Sequence record: DRR378314_1358
Reading direction: 5' to 3' (one strand)
DNA: 33,552 nucleotides
Made by a program: the position numbers and the translations under genes. How positions within the stretch are numbered: position 1 is the first letter of the stretch; each line of letters opens with the position of its first letter. This document shows positions 29,401 through 33,552 of the stretch, piece by piece. The notes beneath the pieces are model-generated. The model ran no database searches. It was given only the letters and a program-made list of their open reading frames with translations, and was not told the DNA's origin.

Positions 29401-30177
29401 TTATATATTCTCTAGCAATTTTTTTCCCTGATGTTGATATTCGTTTTGAATATCCAATACTGTTTGACGGTGATTGACCACTTCGCCGATAACTATGATG
29501 GCCGGATTGGACAACTGCTGCTCCTTTGCCTTGTGCTCAATTGAAGCAACAGTGCCAATACCGATTTTTTCGTTTTCCGTAGTTCCATTCTGAATAATGG
29601 CGACTGGAATCTCTCTTTTTCCTTCTTCTTTGAAGAGTTCCATGATTTCCCCAAGTTTGGACATTCCCATGAGGATAATCACGGTGGCGTTGGATTTTGC
29701 CGCCAAGGCCACATCCTTTGACAATTTGTGTTCCTTGGTAGTTCCGGTAATGACCCAAAAACTTTCGGCCGCACCTCTTTTGGTCACGGGGATATTTTGG
29801 GAAGCCGGCACCGATACGGAGGATGAGATTCCAGGGACCACGGCCACTTCAATGCCATAACGTGATGCGTGTTCCATTTCTTCCGCTCCTCTTCCAAACA
29901 CAAAGGGGTCACCTCCTTTTAATCGGACTACTTGTAATCCATGGGTTGCACGTTCCACAATCAAATCGTTGATTTGTTCTTGTTGATAGGAATAGCATCC
30001 TTTGCGCTTTCCCACAAAGATTTTTTCGGCATTCGGGGCATACTCCAATAACTCTGTGGACACCAATGCATCGTACAAAACCACATCCGCCGTCTGCAAG
30101 GCTTTAACTCCTTTCAGCGTTATCAAATCCACATCGCCCGGGCCTGCACCCACTACTGTTAACTTTCCGCTATACAT
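29401..30177 (-). CDS. cobA: Uroporphyrinogen-III C-methyltransferase (siroheme synthesis)
   Basis: VGAGPGD, VLYDALV, RLKGGDPFVFGRG, VPGISS. Confidence 0.93.
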   Translation of the reverse strand: MYSGKLTVVGAGPGDVDLITLKGVKALQTADVVLYDALVSTELLEYAPNAEKIFVGKRKGCYSYQQEQINDLIVERATHGLQVVRLKGGDPFVFGRGAEEMEHASRYGIEVAVVPGISSSVSVPASQNIPVTKRGAAESFWVITGTTKEHKLSKDVALAAKSNATVIILMGMSKLGEIMELFKEEGKREIPVAIIQNGTTENEKIGIGTVASIEHKAKEQQLSNPAIIVIGEVVNHRQTVLDIQNEYQHQGKKLLENI

Positions 30178-32260
30178 GTTCCAACTCCATTTTTCTGAAC
30201 GCCTCCAACTTCTTCAATACGGTTTTTGCATCTTCCAAGTAGCTTTTTGCAAAGGCTTCGGATGGTTCGTTCTTGTTCAACTGAAGGGCTACTTCTCCAA
30301 ACCCGCCCTCGAAGGCTATTTTTCCTTCTTCCACATACAGCCTATCAAAATCCCTGATGATGCTTGCATGGGTATTGACCTTTACTTTTTCCGCCGTTAA
30401 TAATGCCTTGGCAGAATTCACAATGGATTGATAGGAGTAGTAAATACTTGCCGCCCATTTTCCTTCATTGATGGCCTCTTCTGCATTTTCTATCTTCTCT
30501 TGGCTTTCCAGGAACAAGGTGGCCACTAAGTCAACAATGACACCTGCACATTCCCCGATTCCTATCTCCTTTTTGTATTTTTCCTCATTGCCCCAATCGA
30601 TAAAATCGTCTTGGGTCAGATTGTCCACATCCGTTAAAGGTTTAAGGAAATCATAGAAATAAATCTGTCCTTTTTCCTCGTAATAATCGGTAAAGGATGA
30701 TCCGTTTCCGTTGGCTTCAAAATCATCCAAAATGAGACGCAAGGCTTGTGGACCTCTTTTACTTGGGATTTTGGCAACTTTATCGGCAAATCTTGCTTTA
30801 CCATCACCAAAATTTCCTCCTCCCAACAAAACCTGAAGGGCAGGCGCCACCAATTTATCCTTGGTTCTTACGGACATTCCTTGGAACCCGATGTGGGCCA
30901 TATTGTGCTGTCCGCACGCATTCATACAACCGCTAATCTTGATGACAACATCTGGATTTTTGATGTAATGTGGGTATTCGGCTTTAATAACCCGTTCCAG
31001 CTCATCGGCGATTCCTGTACTGCTGGCAATACCTAAATTACAGGTATCCGTACCTGGGCAGGCTGTGATATCCAACGCTTTATTATACCCTGCTTCGGCA
31101 AAGCCTAATTTCTTTAGTTCTTGGTAAAAGAAAGGAACCAATTCCTCCTTCACAAAAGGAATCAATATGTTTTGCCTGAGGGACAAACGAATCTCCCCAG
31201 CGGCATAGTCCTGTACCAGTTTGGCCAACTTACGAGCTTTGTCCGTATAGAAATCTCCCAAAAGTACTTTAATACCAATGGCCGCGTAGCCTTCTTGTTT
31301 TTGGGGAACCAAGTTGGTAGACTTCCATTGTTCGAAAGCTTCTTGGTCCTCTATGGAAACTTCCGGTGTTTCAACCTCAGCTACTTTTACTTCAGGATAA
31401 TCGGCAATATTGATCGGATAGGTTTGATGAGGCACAGCCAATTGTTCTTCTTGAAGCAATTTTTTGAAACCATCAAGTCCCAAATCTTTCAACAAAAACT
31501 TCATTCTGGCTTTAGCCCTACTCTTACGTTCTCCGTATCTATCAAACACACGGATAACGCCTTCCATCAAAGGAATAATTTTATCTGTCTGTAAAAAGCT
31601 GTACAGTTCATCGGCGTGACGCGGTTGTGAACCCAATCCACCGGCCAACATTACTTTAAAACCTCTCTCACCATTTTTTTCTTTGGCAATAAAACCGAGA
31701 TCGTGCATATAGGAAAGTCCTGTATCGGCATCACTCGCAGAAAATGAAACCTTGAACTTTCGTCCCATTTCCTGACCGATGGGGTTTCTTAAAAAATATT
31801 CGAAAACCGCTTGCGCGTAAGGAGAAACGTCGAAAGGCTCATCCACATCGATTCCTGCTGTTTCGCTAGCCGTTACATTACGAACCGTATTTCCACAAGC
31901 TTCCCGGATGGTTACTTCATCCCTTTCCAATTGTGCCCAAAGCTCAGGGGTACGTTCTAAATCCACATAGTGAATTTGAATGTCCTGACGGGTAGTGATA
32001 TGCAATCGTCCTCTGGAATATTCGTCGGAAACGTCGGCAATCCGGAGCAATTGATTTGAGCTTACCTTTCCGTAAGGCAACTTGATTCGAATCATTTGCA
32101 CACCTTGCTGACGCTGACCATAAACACCACGGGCCAATCGTAGACTTCGGAATTTTTCTTCATCTACATTTCCACCTTTGAACTCTCGGATTTTTTTATC
32201 CAATTCAATGATGTCCTTTTCTACAACTGGGTTTTCTATCTCTGTTCTAAAACTTTGCAT
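30170..32260 (-). CDS. Siroheme/[4Fe-4S] sulfite (nitrite/sulfite family) reductase with C-terminal HEPN-like domain
   Basis: TTRQDIQ, CGNTVRN, RKFK, ACPGTDTC and GCMNACG ligands; C-terminal helical extension; follows cysN. Confidence 0.9.
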   Translation of the reverse strand: MQSFRTEIENPVVEKDIIELDKKIREFKGGNVDEEKFRSLRLARGVYGQRQQGVQMIRIKLPYGKVSSNQLLRIADVSDEYSRGRLHITTRQDIQIHYVDLERTPELWAQLERDEVTIREACGNTVRNVTASETAGIDVDEPFDVSPYAQAVFEYFLRNPIGQEMGRKFKVSFSASDADTGLSYMHDLGFIAKEKNGERGFKVMLAGGLGSQPRHADELYSFLQTDKIIPLMEGVIRVFDRYGERKSRAKARMKFLLKDLGLDGFKKLLQEEQLAVPHQTYPINIADYPEVKVAEVETPEVSIEDQEAFEQWKSTNLVPQKQEGYAAIGIKVLLGDFYTDKARKLAKLVQDYAAGEIRLSLRQNILIPFVKEELVPFFYQELKKLGFAEAGYNKALDITACPGTDTCNLGIASSTGIADELERVIKAEYPHYIKNPDVVIKISGCMNACGQHNMAHIGFQGMSVRTKDKLVAPALQVLLGGGNFGDGKARFADKVAKIPSKRGPQALRLILDDFEANGNGSSFTDYYEEKGQIYFYDFLKPLTDVDNLTQDDFIDWGNEEKYKKEIGIGECAGVIVDLVATLFLESQEKIENAEEAINEGKWAASIYYSYQSIVNSAKALLTAEKVKVNTHASIIRDFDRLYVEEGKIAFEGGFGEVALQLNKNEPSEAFAKSYLEDAKTVLKKLEAFRKMELEHV

Positions 32261-32309
32261 AATCTATTTTTCCTATCTATTTTATAGAGTTATTTTAAAA
32301 AAACTCCCT

Positions 32310-32331
32310 TTCTTCTACCGAGGCAGAAGAA
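32310..32331 (-). other. Intergenic hairpin between cysN and sulfite reductase
   Basis: TTCTTCTGC-CTCG-GTAGAAGAA, U-run 6 nt later; weak terminator or stabilising stem. Confidence 0.4.
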
Positions 32332-32333
32332 TA

Positions 32334-33552
32334 TCAATCTATAAATCCTACGCCTGCTGTTGTGTTTGTTCGGCTGTCGATTATAATGAAGGAACCGTTG
32401 GTACGATGATCCTTGAACCTATCGTAAAAAATAGGTTTGTTCAGTCTTAAGCGAACTTTGGCTATATCGTTCATTTGAAGTGAAGTTACATTTTCTTCAA
32501 TTCCCGAATAATCCGGATGGATTTTATGCTCAATGGCATCTACCTTTGCCAATACTTTATTCACCCCATGTTGAACCACATATTTTCCACCAGGAGTAAA
32601 GCTATCGCTATCCATCCAAGATACTGTTGCAGTCAACTTTTTGTCCACGGTCGGCAAATCATCCGCCTTTACCAACATATCTCCCCTACTCACATTTACT
32701 TCATCTTCCAAAGTAATTGTTACAGAAGATCTTCGAGGTGCTGTTTTATATTGTTTATTATAAAAATAAATGTCCTTGATTTTGGAGCGGGTCATTGATG
32801 GCAACACTACTACTTCGTCACCAACACTGAGTTCTCCGCCATATACCTTTCCTGCAAATCCACGGAAATCGTGAAAATCTTCGATTTTTGGACGAATTAC
32901 ATATTGCACAGGGAAACGAGGGGTGCCGGTATTGTAAACATCCTTCTGGTCCAACGCCTCCAGATGCTCCAAGAGTGTTTGACCTTTGTACCAAGGGGTG
33001 TGTTCGGAGCGATCTACTACGTTATCACCTTTCAATGCACTTACTGGGATGAAGGTGATGTTTTGATCTTGGTAATCTCTTTTCCCCATCAATTCCTCGA
33101 AATCATCCTTAATCTTAGTATAAGTTTCTTCTGAAAAATCTACCAGGTCCATTTTGTTGATGGCTACAATTACATCTTTTACCCTTAAGAGGTTATTGAT
33201 GAAAAAGTGTCGGTGTGTTTGCTCGATTACTCCTTTTCGGGCATCTATCAAAATAATGGATGCCTGAGAAGTCGAAGCTCCAGTAACCATATTTCTTGTA
33301 TACTCCACGTGCCCGGGAGTATCGGCAATAATGTAACTTTTGGTTGGGGTAGAAAAGTAGATATGGGCCACATCAATCGTGATTCCCTGTTCTCTTTCTG
33401 CTACCAAACCATCGGTAGCCAAAGAAAAATCGAGATAATCGTATCCTTTTTGTTTACTGGTCTTTTCAATGGCCTCCAATTTATCGTCGGTCATTGATTT
33501 TGTATCGTACAGCAATCTTCCAATCAAGGTACTTTTACCGTCATCTACACTT
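32334..33552 (-). CDS. cysN: Sulfate adenylyltransferase subunit 1 (5' end outside window)
   Basis: SVDDGKSTLIGRLLYD at the window edge, EREQGITIDVA, DTPGH, NKMD; no CysC fusion. Confidence 0.95.
   Translation of the reverse strand, partial: SVDDGKSTLIGRLLYDTKSMTDDKLEAIEKTSKQKGYDYLDFSLATDGLVAEREQGITIDVAHIYFSTPTKSYIIADTPGHVEYTRNMVTGASTSQASIILIDARKGVIEQTHRHFFINNLLRVKDVIVAINKMDLVDFSEETYTKIKDDFEELMGKRDYQDQNITFIPVSALKGDNVVDRSEHTPWYKGQTLLEHLEALDQKDVYNTGTPRFPVQYVIRPKIEDFHDFRGFAGKVYGGELSVGDEVVVLPSMTRSKIKDIYFYNKQYKTAPRRSSVTITLEDEVNVSRGDMLVKADDLPTVDKKLTATVSWMDSDSFTPGGKYVVQHGVNKVLAKVDAIEHKIHPDYSGIEENVTSLQMNDIAKVRLRLNKPIFYDRFKDHRTNGSFIIIDSRTNTTAGVGFID

Overview
Core-genome window of a Flavobacteriaceae (Bacteroidota) chromosome, indicated by gldA, TAnnTTTG promoters and a split metH. 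Most genes lie on the minus strand: rlmN, queA, aroA, a MazG-family gene, three tandem DUF3857/transglutaminase-like genes, dtd, rsgA, two GIN-domain genes, the pheA-aminotransferase-tyrA-DAHP synthase/chorismate mutase operon, a serine hydrolase, a PagL-like barrel, metF, split metH behind a SAM-I riboswitch, and a sulfate-assimilation block (partial cysN, HEPN-fused sulfite reductase, SUMT, FNR). gldA, a PLP decarboxylase and two hypothetical genes are on the plus strand. I see no CRISPR array, tRNA/rRNA, transposase or prophage. Three signals stand out beyond the ORF track. (1) A family of ~26-bp YGTCA-tagged palindromic (REP-like) repeats with a covarying stem, at five loci; three are translated in frame inside proteins (MetH, a lipoprotein signal peptide, a serine hydrolase). 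A second GTCA-tagged family also occurs. (2) An unannotated 23-codon Phe/Tyr/Trp-rich leader peptide with a complete terminator/antiterminator in front of pheA. (3) One catalytically intact and two triad-less transglutaminase-like paralogues.
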